A DNA stretch of 64,000 nt from an uncultured archaeon (GTDB lineage: Archaea > Thermoproteota > Bathyarchaeia > Bathyarchaeales > Bathycorpusculaceae), in NCBI GenBank assembly GCA_963782915.1, contig CAWALK010000025.1, positions 75,704-139,703 of the forward strand. The letters run 5' to 3'. Numbering within the stretch: position 1 is the first letter of the stretch; each line of letters begins with the position of its first letter. A program made the translations under genes and the position numbers. The notes below the pieces were generated by a model that worked only from the letters and a program-made list of their open reading frames with translations, had not been told where the DNA came from and searched no databases. Positions 63,377 to 64,000 of this stretch are shown here, in pieces.

Positions 63377-64000
63377 ATGGGCAATCTACAAACGGCAAAA
63401 TTCCACAAAAAGATGTACGTCGGCTTAGGCTTTCTGGTGATATTTGTTTTACTAACAATAGCAGTAGCACCCATGATACTTGCTTCTATAAACGATACAT
63501 CGAAACAAAATTCAACAGACAATTATGTCGATATGTATTATTTGGCAACCCATCCAGAGGAATTTAAAGGCAAGTCAATCACCACTATAGGAATCGTTAG
63601 GTATCATGCACTCGCGCCTATGTTTGAGGATTTCCAACTTGACTGCCAAAGCGAAGAAAGAATAGGACCAAATAACCGATTCATTCTTGTGGTCACAAGA
63701 CCAGCAGGTTTAACGAACCCCAATTATGGGTCTCTTGTAGAACTTTCTGGAAAATGGGAATCTACAGATTTAGATGGCGGTTATTATTACCTCAACGCTA
63801 CAAAACTTTCTACAATAGAGGCAATGCCGAATTTCAATTTTAGCGAAAAAGATTTTCCGCTGGAAATAGATTTGCCTAAAACCGACTATAATGTGGGTGA
63901 ACAAATCGCTTTTAACGCAACAATATCTAACAAAAGCGGTAAAGACGTCAATATGCTTTCTAACGGATACCAGCCATGGGCAATTTTCCATAATATCAAC
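63377..64000 (+). CDS. Membrane-anchored hypothetical protein, truncated by window end
   Basis: ATG GGC AAT..., N-terminal TM, HPEEFKGKSITTIG; appears open to the window edge. Confidence 0.6.
   Translation, partial: MGNLQTAKFHKKMYVGLGFLVIFVLLTIAVAPMILASINDTSKQNSTDNYVDMYYLATHPEEFKGKSITTIGIVRYHALAPMFEDFQLDCQSEERIGPNNRFILVVTRPAGLTNPNYGSLVELSGKWESTDLDGGYYYLNATKLSTIEAMPNFNFSEKDFPLEIDLPKTDYNVGEQIAFNATISNKSGKDVNMLSNGYQPWAIFHNIN

Noticed and set aside
59514-64000. Provirus around the tail sheath gene
   Set aside because: No capsid, terminase, portal, tube or integrase gene. Neighbours are cellular-type genes.
1-64000. tRNA genes, transposases, integrases, reverse transcriptases
   Set aside because: No cloverleaf/T-loop context or catalytic motifs recognised by eye. 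A tRNAscan/HMM run would be needed to exclude divergent cases.

Overview
Archaeal chromosomal segment, most consistent with a Bathyarchaeia (TACK) genome. Supporting features are an unlinked 5S rRNA, CdvB/ESCRT-III, PolB3, archaeal DnaG, aIF-2beta, UppS-DUF373, PyrH and many PEF/VPE-anchored NosD-like and PQQ-propeller surface proteins. Many genes are split by single-base frameshifts, probably long-read assembly errors. Housekeeping blocks alternate with small accessory islands that have no visible integrase or transposase. These islands are punctuated by several families of short direct repeats that bracket single genes like cassettes. One family is the 3' end of RNase P RNA, reiterated four times at 5.4-8.1 kb. 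Other notable signals: a conserved 12-bp-periodic operator array before four secreted-protein genes, a family of modular intergenic repeats, an orphan contractile-tail sheath gene, a PolB3 with all three proofreading motifs degenerate, and a dnaG lacking a canonical start codon. All calls are by eye, without database searches.
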